NCBI GenBank assembly: GCA_039924545.1
Contig: JBDTAR010000024.1
Span: 1-57,180 of the forward strand
Reading direction: 5' to 3'
Length of the DNA stretch: 57,180 bases
Source of the DNA: Nakamurella sp.
GTDB taxonomy: Bacteria > Actinomycetota > Actinomycetes > Mycobacteriales > Nakamurellaceae
Below, piece by piece: positions 40,626 through 54,100 of this stretch. A model generated the notes under the pieces. That model did no database searches and was not told the DNA's origin. It was given only the letters and a program-made list of their open reading frames with translations. The position numbers and the translations under genes were made by a program. The stretch's first letter is position 1, and each line of letters opens with the position of its first letter.

Positions 40626-41422
40626 GGTTGTAATACCTCGTTCGGTGTCGGTGTCGGTGCTATTGCCGTCACACGAGCAATGAAATCGGATGCCCGTGTG
40701 AAAATTTCAGGTGCGTCGTAGTCAAGCGTGGCCACGTGGAAGCTGCGCTGCAAGACTACTTCGGTGACGTCCGGCGAGCCGATCGACTCCAGCAGAACTC
40801 GCGAGTTCTCCGGCTCGACAACGTGATCGGTAGCCGAGTGTAGGAGTAACACCGGCATCTGGATTGCGGGGAGTCCTGCTCGAACCACCTTCCATGCGCG
40901 TCGCAGCGAATCCATTGCCTTCAGCGGCGTGTGATCGTAGCCATCTTCGGCCGCGGACGGATCGGCAATATCGCTGGCTATGCCCTTGAGCGCCGGGATG
41001 AAGTACTTGATCAGCGGCAAGAACTTCACGTCTCGTCGCAGCGACAGGATCGAGGGGTTGACCAGCACGATTCCACTCATTGCGTCCGGGTGTAGTTCGG
41101 CCAGGCGCAGGGTGAGTGTCCCGCCCATGGATAGGCCGCAGACGACCACAGAGCGGCACTGCGTGCGCAATTCCGCTAACGCGGCAGCGACTGTCGCCAG
41201 CCATTCTGCGAAGCCAGTCCGATTAGCGTCTTGCCAACGAGTGCCGTGCCCCGGAAGTAGTGGCAGCCGCACCGTGTAGCCCTGCGCAGCAAGGTGATCC
41301 GCCCACGGTCGGAGAGACTGTGGGCTGCCGGTCAATCCGTGGCACAGCAAGACGCCCACATCGCCATTGGTGCCGGCGCCGTTGTTGGCAAACGGCCGCG
41401 CGGAATCTGTTGGACCCATCAC
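40622..41422 (-). CDS. Carboxylesterase / monoacylglycerol lipase-like alpha/beta hydrolase
   Basis: CHGLTGSP, LPGHGT, GLSMGG, DHVV, SFHVATLD. Confidence 0.92.
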   Translation of the reverse strand: MMGPTDSARPFANNGAGTNGDVGVLLCHGLTGSPQSLRPWADHLAAQGYTVRLPLLPGHGTRWQDANRTGFAEWLATVAAALAELRTQCRSVVVCGLSMGGTLTLRLAELHPDAMSGIVLVNPSILSLRRDVKFLPLIKYFIPALKGIASDIADPSAAEDGYDHTPLKAMDSLRRAWKVVRAGLPAIQMPVLLLHSATDHVVEPENSRVLLESIGSPDVTEVVLQRSFHVATLDYDAPEIFTRASDFIARVTAIAPTPTPNEVLQP

Positions 41423-41533
41423 ATCTCTTTCCGCAGTACGGTCACGATGACGTCCTTCATGGTGGCACGGATTCGTGTGTGCTGATCAAGAGCGTACGGT
41501 TGCGAGTGACGATTCGGCAGATCGCTAGGAGAC

Positions 41534-42289
41534 ATGCGCGTGCTATACGGGCTGATGAAATATGTGCTTTTGGGCCCGCCGCTACGGTTATTTTTCCCCT
41601 GCACCGTCATCGGCGCTGAGAATATCCCAGAAAAGGGTGGCGCGATCCTCGCTGGGAATCACGTGTCAGTGGCGGACTCGTTCTTCGCGCCACTACACAT
41701 GAAGCGGCGCGTGACGTTTCTGGCGAAAAGCGAGTACTTCACCGGAAAAGGCGTGAAGGGCAAACTGAAGAAGTGGTTCTTCTCCGGTATCGGGCAGGTT
41801 CCGGTCGACCGGGGTGGCACATCGTCGGCGCATGACGCGTTGGCCACGGGCGTCCGTCTGCTTGGCGAGGGCAGGCTCCTAGGTATCTACCCGGAGGGCA
41901 CCAGGTCACCGGACGGTCGCCTATACAAGGGCAAGACGGGTGTGGCTCGGATGACCCTGCAGTCGGGTGCCCCGGTGATTCCGATGGTGATGCTCGGCAC
42001 CGACAAGGTGAATCCGCTCGGCTCCAAGATGTGGCGTCCGCATCGCATCACGCTCGTCATCGGGCGACCGATGGACTTCTCACGATACGAGGGCATGGCC
42101 GGCGACCGATTCGTCGAGCGGTCCATGACGGACGAAATTATGTACCGAATCATGGAACTGTCCGGCCAGGAATATGTCGATATGTATGCGACTAAGCGCA
42201 AGGCCGAGATGGCTGAGGAAGAGCACGCACAGGCGAACCGCGGCCGCGAACGCACCGTAACAAAACTGCCCGGCCAACGGGCGAGTTGA
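41534..42289 (+). CDS. 1-acyl-sn-glycerol-3-phosphate acyltransferase (PlsC family)
   Basis: NHVSVAD (HX4D), FLAKSEYF, YPEGTRS. Confidence 0.93.
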   Translation: MRVLYGLMKYVLLGPPLRLFFPCTVIGAENIPEKGGAILAGNHVSVADSFFAPLHMKRRVTFLAKSEYFTGKGVKGKLKKWFFSGIGQVPVDRGGTSSAHDALATGVRLLGEGRLLGIYPEGTRSPDGRLYKGKTGVARMTLQSGAPVIPMVMLGTDKVNPLGSKMWRPHRITLVIGRPMDFSRYEGMAGDRFVERSMTDEIMYRIMELSGQEYVDMYATKRKAEMAEEEHAQANRGRERTVTKLPGQRAS

Positions 42290-42855
42290 TGACCGGCGCT
42301 TCTGCAACTCGGGATAAGGCTCGTTATTTCTACGACTGCGAATTCGTCGAGGACGGCCGTACTATCGATTTGATCTCTATCGGTGTGGTGTGCGACGACG
42401 GCCGTGAGTATTACGCCGTGTCTACCGAATTCGATGAGGCCCGAGCTGGCACCTGGGTGCGGCGGCATGTGCTGCCCCACTTACCGAAGCCGGCCGATCC
42501 AGTGTGGCGCTCTCGATCGAAGATCCGGGACGATCTCCTGGCGTTTTTCACCGCGCCTGGAGTGCCGATCGAACTGTGGGCCTGGTGCGCTGCCTACGAC
42601 CATGTCGCGCTTGCCCAACTGTGGGGCGATATGACATCGCTGCCGCGGCTTATCCCACGATTGACCTACGAGATCCGCCAATTCTGGGAGGCAGCGGGCA
42701 GTCCCGTGGCAGAGCAGCCACCCGGCGACCGGCACCATGCTCTGGCTGACGCACGGGTCGGTTTCGCGCGTTTTCACGCCGCAGAACTGGCCGTGGAATC
42801 GACTGCAGGGCCGATTGCGGTTCGGTCGGGTTGGCGCGAGACACCACAGGTATGA
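42289..42855 (+). CDS. 3'-5' exoribonuclease AS (Rv2179c family)
   Basis: RYFYDCEF..DGRTIDLISIG, AYDHV..QLWG, HHALADA. Confidence 0.9.
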   Translation: MTGASATRDKARYFYDCEFVEDGRTIDLISIGVVCDDGREYYAVSTEFDEARAGTWVRRHVLPHLPKPADPVWRSRSKIRDDLLAFFTAPGVPIELWAWCAAYDHVALAQLWGDMTSLPRLIPRLTYEIRQFWEAAGSPVAEQPPGDRHHALADARVGFARFHAAELAVESTAGPIAVRSGWRETPQV

Positions 42856-44331
<1,476 letters not shown>

Positions 44332-44381
44332 CCTCGTCACATCAGTTTCGGCACTGCCAGGTTCGTTACGGACCGGACCGG

Positions 44382-46487
44382 TCACGGCCAGGCGCTCAGC
44401 CGTACCGTCGAACCCGGTTCGGCAAGCATTCCCGACTCCGGCTGCTGATCGGTCACTACCGCAGAATCGCTGCCGAAAAGGGACCGCACGGTGGCGGAAA
44501 GATCGCTGTCTGAGAGCAGCTGCTTTGCCTGCCGTACGTTCTTTCCAGTGACCGAGGGAACCGTGACGGCGTTGGAGCCGATCAACGTGACCTGAGGGTC
44601 AGCTGGATCAATACGGGTACCCGGAATGGGTTCGATGCTGACGACGTCGCCGCCGGGCACCGTCTCGTCGAACACGGGGTTGCCGATGGTGACGGTAAAT
44701 CCGCCATCGCGGAGCGTGGCAGCGGCAGTGTCGATCGACTGTGACGGCACCTGCGGGACAGTTTTCGACACTGCAAGAATCAGCGAGACTGATGTACCGC
44801 GCGGATTCGCGGAGCCGGCCGGAGGATCGGTGCCGATCACCGTACTGGCCACTACATCTGCATCGAAGCGGGTCAATAGCGGACCGAGTGTGAATCCGGT
44901 CACGAGTAGTTTGTTCTGCGCATCTTCCGTCTGTTTCCCCGCGACTTCCGGGACGAGTTCCGGCGTCGGCCCGCGCGAGATCACCAACAGCACATCGGAC
45001 CCGATTTTTGCGTGCTGCCCCGATGCGGGCTTGGTGGACACGACGGTGCCGGTAGCGAGAACGTCGTCATACACGTTTGACGACGCGTTGATGACGGGCG
45101 TGAGGGATGCGGACCGGATCGCGGCTTCGGCGGCGGCACGGGCCATTCCCGGCTTGATCGTGGGTACGGCCGGTCGTCCACCGGACACCACCAGCGTCAT
45201 CGCGGCACCATTGCGCAACCGAGTGTCGGCGGGCGGGTCCTGAGCGACGACCAGGCCGCTGGGCATCGCATCGTCGTATCTTGTGGCGAGAGCGGGCCGC
45301 AGCCCGGCAGATTGCACGATGCTGACGGCGGCGGACGTCGGCTGCTTCACTGTTGACGGCGCGCTCGTCCACCTATTGGCCAGCCAGATTCCCCCGGCAG
45401 CCGCCGCGGCAATCAACACCAGTATCGCGATCAGGGCCGTGAGCCGTCTGCGTCGGCGACGCTGCCGGCGCAATTGCACCGTGGACTTGGCGCGAGGCGG
45501 TGGCGGGGTGTGATCCGGCCTGTTGGGCGTCGGCTGTACCGCGGTGGCGTGCGCGGCGGATGTGGCGGGCGGGCGGCGTGTGCCACGGGGAACAGGCACC
45601 GTCGCCAGGGACAGCCCCGCTTGCAACCGAGCACCGCGCAGTCGACGCAGGAAATCGCCTGCGTTAGCGGGGCGCTCCAAACAGTCTCTGGCGGTGGCGT
45701 CGTCGATCACTGCTGCTATGGCGCTCGGCACGCCCGGCGCATGGTCGGCGACCGGCGGAACTTCACCGTGTACGTGCTGGTATGCCACTGATATTGCGTT
45801 ATCACCGACGAAGGGTGGTCGGCCGGTGAGCATTTCGTAGGCAACGATTCCGGCGGAATACACATCTGAGCGCTCATCTGCCGCGCCAGTCTCCACCTGC
45901 TCCGGCGACAGGTACGCGACGGTACCGAGTATGACGTCGCCCGTAGCCATGGTCGTTGACGTGACTGCACGCACCAGCCCGAAGTCAGCGACCTTCACCT
46001 CGCCGCGCGATGAGATCAGTACATTTTCCGGTTTGATATCGCGGTGGATCAGCCCAGCGGTATGGGCCGCAGATAGCGCATCGAGGATCGGCTCGAGGAC
46101 CGACAAAGTCACCCGCACCGACAGCTGCCCCTGCTGGTGAATGAGATCCCTCAGGGTGCCACCGTCGACGAGTTCCATGATCAAAAATACTGATTCGCCG
46201 TCCCGACCTTGGTCGTAGACGCCGACAACATGGGGGTTGTCGAGTTTTGCGGCAGCTCGAGCCTCCCGCTCGAATCGCTTGAGGAATGTCGCGTCGGCGG
46301 CATATTGCGGTGTCATCACTTTGATGGCGACCGGACGATCCAGGCGCAGATCGACGCCCTCGTACACGGTGGACATCCCGCCGCGCGCGAGGTAGGAGTC
46401 GATGCGGTACCGCCCCTCGAGGACTTGTCCGACGAGAGGCGCACCGCCTTGCCCCACGAGGGGAGCGCCGTTGCCTTCTACTTGCAC
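44382..46487 (-). CDS. pknL: PASTA-domain Ser/Thr kinase (PknL type)
   Basis: GGMSTVY, VAIK, HRDIKPEN, DFG, TM helix, about four PASTA repeats; divergent from the Rv2175c-like gene. Confidence 0.88.
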   Translation of the reverse strand: MQVEGNGAPLVGQGGAPLVGQVLEGRYRIDSYLARGGMSTVYEGVDLRLDRPVAIKVMTPQYAADATFLKRFEREARAAAKLDNPHVVGVYDQGRDGESVFLIMELVDGGTLRDLIHQQGQLSVRVTLSVLEPILDALSAAHTAGLIHRDIKPENVLISSRGEVKVADFGLVRAVTSTTMATGDVILGTVAYLSPEQVETGAADERSDVYSAGIVAYEMLTGRPPFVGDNAISVAYQHVHGEVPPVADHAPGVPSAIAAVIDDATARDCLERPANAGDFLRRLRGARLQAGLSLATVPVPRGTRRPPATSAAHATAVQPTPNRPDHTPPPPRAKSTVQLRRQRRRRRRLTALIAILVLIAAAAAGGIWLANRWTSAPSTVKQPTSAAVSIVQSAGLRPALATRYDDAMPSGLVVAQDPPADTRLRNGAAMTLVVSGGRPAVPTIKPGMARAAAEAAIRSASLTPVINASSNVYDDVLATGTVVSTKPASGQHAKIGSDVLLVISRGPTPELVPEVAGKQTEDAQNKLLVTGFTLGPLLTRFDADVVASTVIGTDPPAGSANPRGTSVSLILAVSKTVPQVPSQSIDTAAATLRDGGFTVTIGNPVFDETVPGGDVVSIEPIPGTRIDPADPQVTLIGSNAVTVPSVTGKNVRQAKQLLSDSDLSATVRSLFGSDSAVVTDQQPESGMLAEPGSTVRLSAWP

Positions 46488-46570
46488 GAACCAATCCTAA
46501 GAAGTCGAGAGCATATGACGGGCGAGCCCGCGCCGAGGTGTCGGGCGAGCGCGACCGCTAAAGTGAGCCC

Positions 46571-46927
46571 GTGGATGACACTGCGCCGGACTCGCCCGAT
46601 AACGATGACCCCCATTTCCGCCCGGTTCCAGATATCGCCGAGGCACTCGGCGTTATCGTCACCCGGATTCATCAACTATTGCGCGATCGCGCGCTGATTG
46701 GTGTGCGCCGCGACGGCGTCATGACAATACCTGCCGATTTCGTGGCCGACGGCGAGATCGTCCGGGGACTCGCCGGAACAATTACGCTGCTCACCGACGC
46801 TGGGTACGGCGATTCGGAGATCATCGACTGGCTGTTTACGCCCGAATCGGGGTTGTCCGCCATGGCAGAACTGCGCTCCGGCCATATCAAAAGTGTTCGT
46901 CGCCGTGCACAGGTCGCTGGCTTTTAA
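46571..46927 (+). CDS. Rv2175c-family DNA-binding protein
   Basis: PDIAEALGV..TRIHQLLRD, GTITLLTDAGY...WLFT, VRRRAQ. Confidence 0.88.
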   Translation: MDDTAPDSPDNDDPHFRPVPDIAEALGVIVTRIHQLLRDRALIGVRRDGVMTIPADFVADGEIVRGLAGTITLLTDAGYGDSEIIDWLFTPESGLSAMAELRSGHIKSVRRRAQVAGF

Positions 46928-46947
46928 CGGTTCGGTAGAATTACGGC

Positions 46948-47877
46948 ATGGTGACCGTGCGCGAACAGTTGGCTACCAACGGTCCCCACTTTTCCGTTGA
47001 GTTCTTTCCGCCACGCACCGATGACGAAGAGTCGACATTGTGGACGACGATCCGCGCTCTGGAGGCCCGCAGTCCTGCGTTCGTCTCGGTGACGTACGGC
47101 GCTGGCGGCTCGCATCGAGATCGCACCGTGCGAGTCACTGAGCAAATCGCGGCCCGGACCACGCTGCTGCCAGTGGCGCATTTGACTGCTGTCGGACACA
47201 CCCTTGCTGAGCTGCGCCAGATCATCGGCGCATACGCCGCCGCCGGAGTGCACAATATTTTGGCGCTGCGGGGCGACCCGCCGGGCTCCGACCCGCTTGC
47301 CCCGTGGATTGCCCAGGATGGTGGGTTAGCGCATGCCGATGAGCTGGTGCGGCTGACGCGTTCGCTCGGCGAATTCTGCGTCGGAGTCGCTGCGTATCCG
47401 ACGAAACATCCACAGTCGCCGGATACCCAGACGGACACATTTCACCTTGCTGGCAAGGTTTCCGCCGGTGCTGACTACGTCATAACCCAAATGCTTTTCT
47501 CTGCATCCGATTACGCGGCGCTCGTCGACCGGGCGCGAGTAGCAGGCGTGACCGTGCCGATCATTCCGGGAATCATGCCAGTGACAAGTTCCGTCAGACT
47601 GGCTCGGATATGTCAGCTTTCCGGACAGCCGGTGCCTGCGGAGCTGTCGGCGCAGTTGGCTCACGTCGCTGATGATCCGGTGGCGGCCCGTGCGGTCGGT
47701 ATGCAGCACGCATTGCACATGTGCCGAGACCTCCTGGATATGGGGGCGCCGTCGTTGCACTTCTATACATTCAATCGCTCCACATTGACCTTGAAGTTGC
47801 TTGACGAGTTGGGTATTGGCGCCAGTACCAGTGCCAGGAGAACCCACGTTCGCCAGGAACGGACCGTGCTCGCGTAG
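46948..47877 (+). CDS. metF: Methylenetetrahydrofolate reductase
   Basis: SVEFFPP, FVSVTYGAGGS, AHLT, LALRGDPP, ITQM, PGIMP, HFYTFN. Confidence 0.95.
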   Translation: MVTVREQLATNGPHFSVEFFPPRTDDEESTLWTTIRALEARSPAFVSVTYGAGGSHRDRTVRVTEQIAARTTLLPVAHLTAVGHTLAELRQIIGAYAAAGVHNILALRGDPPGSDPLAPWIAQDGGLAHADELVRLTRSLGEFCVGVAAYPTKHPQSPDTQTDTFHLAGKVSAGADYVITQMLFSASDYAALVDRARVAGVTVPIIPGIMPVTSSVRLARICQLSGQPVPAELSAQLAHVADDPVAARAVGMQHALHMCRDLLDMGAPSLHFYTFNRSTLTLKLLDELGIGASTSARRTHVRQERTVLA

Positions 47878-47991
47878 CCGCCCGCGCCGCACCGCCGCGG
47901 TACCAATCGGGCCTGCAGGATTACCACGGTGCAGGTGACCGCAGCAAAGATGCCAAAGATGCAAAAGTGAAGCAGATAGGGGGTCGCGCGC

Positions 47992-49503
47992 GTGGACCTT
48001 CGGCTCCCGGTCGTCTTCGGGCTTTTCGCGCTGATTCTCATCCTTGCCGTCATTGCCGTGCGTATCTCGCGCCGGTTTGGCCTTCCCACCCTGCTGCTAT
48101 ATCTCGGCATCGGCATGTTGATCGGCAATCGAGCTTTCGGGGTCGACTTCTCAGATCCTTGGCTGACCGAACATCTCGGGCTTGCCGCGCTGGTACTGAT
48201 CCTCACCGACGGCGGGCTGACGACGCGGTGGGCGAATGTGCGACCGTCCCTTGGTCTCGGTGCGAGCCTGGCTACCGTCGCGGTCGTCGTATCCATCGCG
48301 GTCGCAGGGGTATCGGTTCACTTCCTGATGGGCTTCGACTGGCGCACCTCGCTGACCTGGGGGGCGGTGTTGTCCAGTACCGACATCGCCGCAGTGTTCT
48401 CGGTGTTGCGGCGGGTGGGCGTGCGCCGCCGACTTGAGGCGGCGTTGGAGCTCGAATCGGGGCTCAACGACGCACCGGTCGTTATTGCGGTGCTGCTGTT
48501 CTCCGGCACTGGCGCCATTACCTGGACGGCGCCGCTACTCGTGGTCTACGAACTTTTCGCCGGTGCCGTCATCGGATTGGCGCTGGGTTTCGCAGGAGCC
48601 TGGTGGCTCAGGCGCGGCGCGTTGCCTGCCACCGGCCTGTATCCGCTCGCGGCGATCGCGGTTGCCGCGGGCGCGTATTCCACGGCCGAATTTGCGCATT
48701 CGTCGGGGTTCCTGGCGACGTATTTGGCGGCCTTGGTACTTGGCAACAGCACGTTGCCGCAGCGCGCGTCCACACTGTCGTTCGCGGAGGGCCTGGGTTG
48801 GATTTCGCAGATCGGCCTGTTCGTAATTCTCGGCATGTATGTGGACTCGACTCAGCTACTGGCGGCGCTGGTGCCCGGGTTAGTGATCGGGCTCATGATC
48901 CTGGTTCTGGCGCGGCCGTTGTCAGTAATCGTGGCGTCGTTGCCATTCCGGGTGCCGTGGCGAGAACAGGCATTCTTGTCGTATTCGGGGCTGCGCGGCG
49001 CGGTACCAATTGTCTTAGCGTTGATCCCGTTCACCGTGGGGCAGGCGCACAGTTCTGAGCTCGTCGCGATTATCGTGGTTGCGGTCGTCATTTACACGCT
49101 GCTTCAGGGCACAACCTTGCCGACGGTTGCCAGGTGGCTAGGCGTAGTCGACAACGGTGCGGCCCAGGAAATGCAAATCGACGTGGCGGCAATCGAAGAT
49201 CTTGGAGCGCATGTATTACAGGTGACCGTCCCGGATGCGTCGCGGTTGCGCGGCGTGCATCTGTCGGACCTGCGACTTCCTACCGGCACTACCATCGCGC
49301 TCGTCGTGCGAGCAGGACTGCCGGTGCCCATCACACCCGCGGTGCGGCTCGAAGCCGGAGATCACGTTCTGATCGTCACGCCGGAGCGGTTGCGTTCCGC
49401 CACCGAGCGGAGACTGAGGGCGGTGGCGCGCGGCGGAGTCTTGGCTGATTGGTTCGCCGGGACTGCCCGTGGCTCGCGACCGCCGAATGATTTGGGACAC
49501 TGA
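47992..49503 (+). CDS. Potassium/proton antiporter (CPA1, NhaP2/CvrA type) with TrkA-C domain
   Basis: STDIAAVFS, ESGLND, GLRGAVPI, C-terminal RCK_C-like domain. Confidence 0.92.
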   Translation: MDLRLPVVFGLFALILILAVIAVRISRRFGLPTLLLYLGIGMLIGNRAFGVDFSDPWLTEHLGLAALVLILTDGGLTTRWANVRPSLGLGASLATVAVVVSIAVAGVSVHFLMGFDWRTSLTWGAVLSSTDIAAVFSVLRRVGVRRRLEAALELESGLNDAPVVIAVLLFSGTGAITWTAPLLVVYELFAGAVIGLALGFAGAWWLRRGALPATGLYPLAAIAVAAGAYSTAEFAHSSGFLATYLAALVLGNSTLPQRASTLSFAEGLGWISQIGLFVILGMYVDSTQLLAALVPGLVIGLMILVLARPLSVIVASLPFRVPWREQAFLSYSGLRGAVPIVLALIPFTVGQAHSSELVAIIVVAVVIYTLLQGTTLPTVARWLGVVDNGAAQEMQIDVAAIEDLGAHVLQVTVPDASRLRGVHLSDLRLPTGTTIALVVRAGLPVPITPAVRLEAGDHVLIVTPERLRSATERRLRAVARGGVLADWFAGTARGSRPPNDLGH

Positions 49504-49507
49504 ACGG

Positions 49508-50161
49508 GTGACACAACCAGAACAAGATCGGCCCGGTACCGACAGCAACGACGTGGGCGACTCTGCGAACGACGCTGACGCTGCGACTACTGCTGACGCT
49601 ACTGCGGCGACTACTACTGTTACGACGCCGACGGTTTCGACTCACCGCCGAACCCTGATCCTGTTCGCGATTGCCTTTGCCCTTGTAGCGGTGGATATCG
49701 TCAGCAAAATTATTATTGTTGCGACAGTCCAGCCCGGTGAAAACGTGCGGGTGCTCGGCGGGCTGGTTTATTTCACCCAGATCCGTAACGGGGGCGCCGC
49801 GTTCAATATGGCCACAGGTATGACGTGGCTGCTCGCGGTGATCGCGCTCGGCGTAGTGGTCTTCATCATCAAAATGGCCCCCAAACTCAAATCCACGCCG
49901 TGGGCCGTGTGTCTAGGGCTGATACTTGGCGGCGCAGTCGGCAACTTACTCGACCGCATCTTCCGGGCGCCCGGCGTCATGCAAGGTCACGTCGTGGACT
50001 TCGTGTCAGTGTTTGGCCCGAATGCTGAGCACTTTCCGGCGTTCAATGCTGCCGATTCGGGTATCAGCATCGGTGGTGTGTTGCTCGTTGTCCTTGCTGT
50101 GCTCGGGTACGACTATGACGGCACCCGTCATCACAAGAGTTCCGATGGCGACCGTGGGTGA
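49508..50161 (+). CDS. lspA: Lipoprotein signal peptidase II
   Basis: [26 protein letters not shown]. Confidence 0.95.
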   Translation: MTQPEQDRPGTDSNDVGDSANDADAATTADATAATTTVTTPTVSTHRRTLILFAIAFALVAVDIVSKIIIVATVQPGENVRVLGGLVYFTQIRNGGAAFNMATGMTWLLAVIALGVVVFIIKMAPKLKSTPWAVCLGLILGGAVGNLLDRIFRAPGVMQGHVVDFVSVFGPNAEHFPAFNAADSGISIGGVLLVVLAVLGYDYDGTRHHKSSDGDRG

Positions 50162-51080
50162 ATTTAGGCGATTCCCGGTCGCGTCCGGCCTGGACGGTTT
50201 GCGCGCGGACGCGGGCCTGGCCAAAATGCTCGGCCTCAGCCGTACTGCGGTAGCCAGCATGCTTGATGCGGGCGAAGTACACAGCGACGGCGCCGTCCTC
50301 GGCAGATCAGAGCGCCTAGTCGCCGGGAATTTTGTGGAACTTACGTTGCCGACACCGCCGGCGCCGCTCACCATCACCCCGCAAGAAGTCGACGGCCTAA
50401 CGGTGATCCACCTCGACCGCGACCTGGTCGTGGTAAACAAGCCGGTGGGCGTGGCCGCGCACGCAAGCCCGGGCTGGACCGGACCGACGGTCATCGGCGG
50501 CCTAGCCGCGATGGGTATTACCGTGTCGACCTCAGGCGCGGCCGAACGGCAGGGCATCGTTTCTAGGCTGGACGTCGGCACCACGGGCGCCATGGTCGTA
50601 GCTCGTAGCGAAACCGCCTACACAATTCTGAAAAATGCATTCCGCTACCGGACCGTGCAGAAGGTCTATCACGCGATTGTGCAAGGCCATCCGGACCCGT
50701 CAGCTGGCACCATCGATGCGCCCATCGGCCGACACCCGAAGGCCGACTACAAGTTTGCGGTGATGGCTGGCGGTCGGGAATCTGTCACGCACTACGAGAC
50801 ACTCGAGGCGTTTCCCGCAGCCACGCTCGTCAAGGTGCACCTGGAAACCGGCCGCACCCACCAGATTCGAGTGCACTTCTCGGCCCTCCGACATCCCCTC
50901 CTTGGTGACCTCACCTACGGCGCCGACCCGGTGCTGGCCGCGCGTCTTGGATTGACCAGGCAGTGGCTGCATGCGTACTCCCTGGCTTTCGCCCACCCGG
51001 CGGACGGCCAGATGGTGGAGTACCACAGTGACTATCCGGTCGACCTCACCGCAGCGTTGGAGACGCTTCGGGAGGCATGA
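50145..51080 (+). CDS. RluA/RluD-family pseudouridine synthase
   Basis: S4-like N-terminus, [28 protein letters not shown]. Confidence 0.93.
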   Translation: MATVGEFRRFPVASGLDGLRADAGLAKMLGLSRTAVASMLDAGEVHSDGAVLGRSERLVAGNFVELTLPTPPAPLTITPQEVDGLTVIHLDRDLVVVNKPVGVAAHASPGWTGPTVIGGLAAMGITVSTSGAAERQGIVSRLDVGTTGAMVVARSETAYTILKNAFRYRTVQKVYHAIVQGHPDPSAGTIDAPIGRHPKADYKFAVMAGGRESVTHYETLEAFPAATLVKVHLETGRTHQIRVHFSALRHPLLGDLTYGADPVLAARLGLTRQWLHAYSLAFAHPADGQMVEYHSDYPVDLTAALETLREA

Positions 51081-51185
51081 CGGAGCGTCGTCCGTGCTGG
51101 GGCCGCCGGCACAGTTGAGACGGTACGGTCGAAGACGGCAGCACCGACGAGGAAGCTCGTCACCAGGGACGAGAAAGGCTCGCGT

Positions 51186-54100
51186 ATGACCAGCGATTCA
51201 TTCGTCCACCTGCATGTGCACACCGAGTATTCGATGCTGGACGGCGCGGCGCGCGTCGCAGATCTGATGACGAAAGTCACCGAGCTCGGCATGCCTGCGA
51301 TTGCGATGACCGATCATGGAAACGTATTCGGGGCATTCGATTTTTATAAGCAGGCGATGGCTGCTGGGATCAAGCCGATCATCGGCCTTGAGGCCTATGT
51401 CACCCCCGGAACGTCACGGTTTGATCGCACCCCCGTGCGATGGGCCAACGGGGGCAGCGACGATGTGTCCGGCGGGGGCGCCTATACGCACATGACGCTT
51501 CTATCGGAGACGTCCGAAGGCATGCACAATTTGTTTCGGCTCTCGTCACGGTCATCCACCGAGGGCTTCTTCTACAAGCCGCGGGCCGACCGGGAGTTAC
51601 TCGCCGAATACGCGAAGGGCCTGATTGCCACCACCGGCTGCCCCTCCGGCGAGGTACAGACGTGGCTCCGCCTCGGCGACTACAAGAAGGCGCTTGCGTC
51701 CGCGGCAGAGTTCCGGGACATCTTCGGCGCCGACAACTATTTCGTGGAATTGATGGATCACGGCCTCTCCATCGAAAACCGGGTCCGCGACGGCCTGTTG
51801 AAGATTTCGAAAGACCTCGGGCTGCCCATCGTGGCCACCAACGACTCGCATTACACGAACGCCGCCGACTCCACGAGTCACGAAGCGCTCCTTGCGGTCC
51901 AGTCTGGTTCGACCCTCGACGACCCGAAGCGTTTCAGGCTGGATGGTGACGAGTACTACATCAAGTCCTCAGAGCAGATGCGCGCCATCTGGGATGACAA
52001 ATACGGCCTCAAAGAAGCATGCGACAACACACTCGTGATCGCTGAGCGATGCCACGCATTGTTCGACGAAAAAGCGAACCTCATGCCGCGCTTCGCGGTC
52101 CCCGACGGCGAGACCGAGTCCACGTGGTTCGTCAAGGAAGTCGATAGGGGCCTTGAATCCCGCTATCCGCAGGGAATTACTCCCGAGATCCGGCAGCGCG
52201 CAGACTACGAAGTGTCCGTCGTTCTTAAAATGGGGTTCCCAGGGTACTTTCTGGTCACGGCGGACCTCATTGGTTGGGCGAAAGAGCACGGCATCCGCGT
52301 GGGCCCGGGCCGCGGCTCTGCAGCAGGGTCGCTGGTCGCCTTCGCTATGCACATCACCGGACTCGATCCCATTGAACACAAGCTGCTCTTCGAACGATTC
52401 CTCAATCCGGACCGGGTATCTATGCCCGACATCGATATCGACTTCGACGAATCCCGGCGCGGCGAGGTGCTGGCGTACGTCACCGAAAAATATGGGCACG
52501 ACAAGGTCTGTCAGGTCGTGACGTACGGCACGATCAAGACGAAACAGGCGTTGAAGGATGCCTCCCGGGTGCTCGGTTATCCCTTCGCGATGGGGGATCG
52601 GGTTACGAAGGCGCTGCCGCCACCGGTCATGGCGAAAGATGTGCCACTATCAAAAATTTTTGACTCTTCTCACGACCGTTACAAAGAGGGCGCTGAGTTC
52701 CGTGCACTCGTTGAATCCGATGGCGAAGTCAAGCGGGTGTACGACACCGCTCGCGGTCTTGAAGGGCTGAAACGGCAATGGGGTGTGCACGCCTGCGCCG
52801 TGATTATGTCGTCCGAGCCGTTGATGGACCACATTCCGATCATGCGGCGCCCGCAGGATGGCGCGATCATTACGCAGTTCGACTATCCGACCTGCGAGAC
52901 GCTCGGCCTCCTCAAGATGGACTTCCTCGGGCTGCGCAACCTGACCGTCATCGACGACGCGCTGGACAATATCACAGCAAACCGCGATGAAACCGTGCTC
53001 ATCGAGAATGTTCCACTTACCGACCCGGCGACCTTTAAGCTGTTGGCCAGCGGAGACACGCTGGGCGTGTTCCAGTTGGACGGCAGCGCTATGCGGGCGC
53101 TCCTGAGATCGATGCAACCGGACAGCTTCGACGACATCACCGCCGTTATCGCTCTCTACCGACCCGGCCCGATGGGTATGAACTCGCACAACGAGTACGC
53201 CGATCGGAAGAACGGCCGTAAACCCGTCACACCCATCCACCCGGAGCTCGACGCTCCGCTACACGAAGCACTCGGCGAAACCTATGGCCTGATCGTGTAT
53301 CAGGAGCAGGTCATGGCGATCGCCCGGATCGTTGCAGGATATTCGCTGGCAGGCGCCGATCTGCTGCGGCGGGCCATGGGCAAAAAGAAGAAGAAGGAGC
53401 TCGACGCTCAGTTCGAGACATTTACCGCGGGCATGAAGGCCAACGGCTACTCGCAGGCCGCGATCGACGCGCTGTGGAACACGCTGATGCCGTTCGCCGA
53501 CTATGGCTTTAACAAGTCTCATGGGGCGGGTTATGCCCTCGTCTCGTACTGGACTGGGTATCTGAAGGCCAACTATCCGGCGGAATACATGGCAGCGTTG
53601 CTCACCTCGGTGCGCGACGACAAAGACAAAATGGCGATCTACCTCGCCGAATGTCGCGCGATGGGCATCACGGTGCTGCCGCCCGACGTCAACGCGTCCG
53701 AACGGAACTTCGCTACGGTGGGCACTGATATCCGTTTCGGGCTTTCCGCTGTCCGCAATGTCGGCTCCGCAGCAGTGGCGTCGATCATCGCCTCCCGGAA
53801 AGAAAAGGGCCGCTACGCCGATTTTGCCGACTATCTGAACAAGGTAGATGTTGCCGCCTGCAATAAGAAGGTCATCGAGTCGCTGATTAAGGCGGGCGCT
53901 TTCGACTCCCTCGGCCACCCGCGCAAGGGCTTGCTCATGGTGCATACCGAAGCAGTGGACGCGGTGCTGTCGGTGAAAAAGGCAGAGGCTGCCGGCCAGT
54001 TCGACCTGTTCGGCGAAATGAGTGCCGAGGAGGTCGGGGGAGCCTTCGCGCTGACAATTCCGGACACCGAGTGGGAATCGAAACTGCTCCTCGCGTTCGA

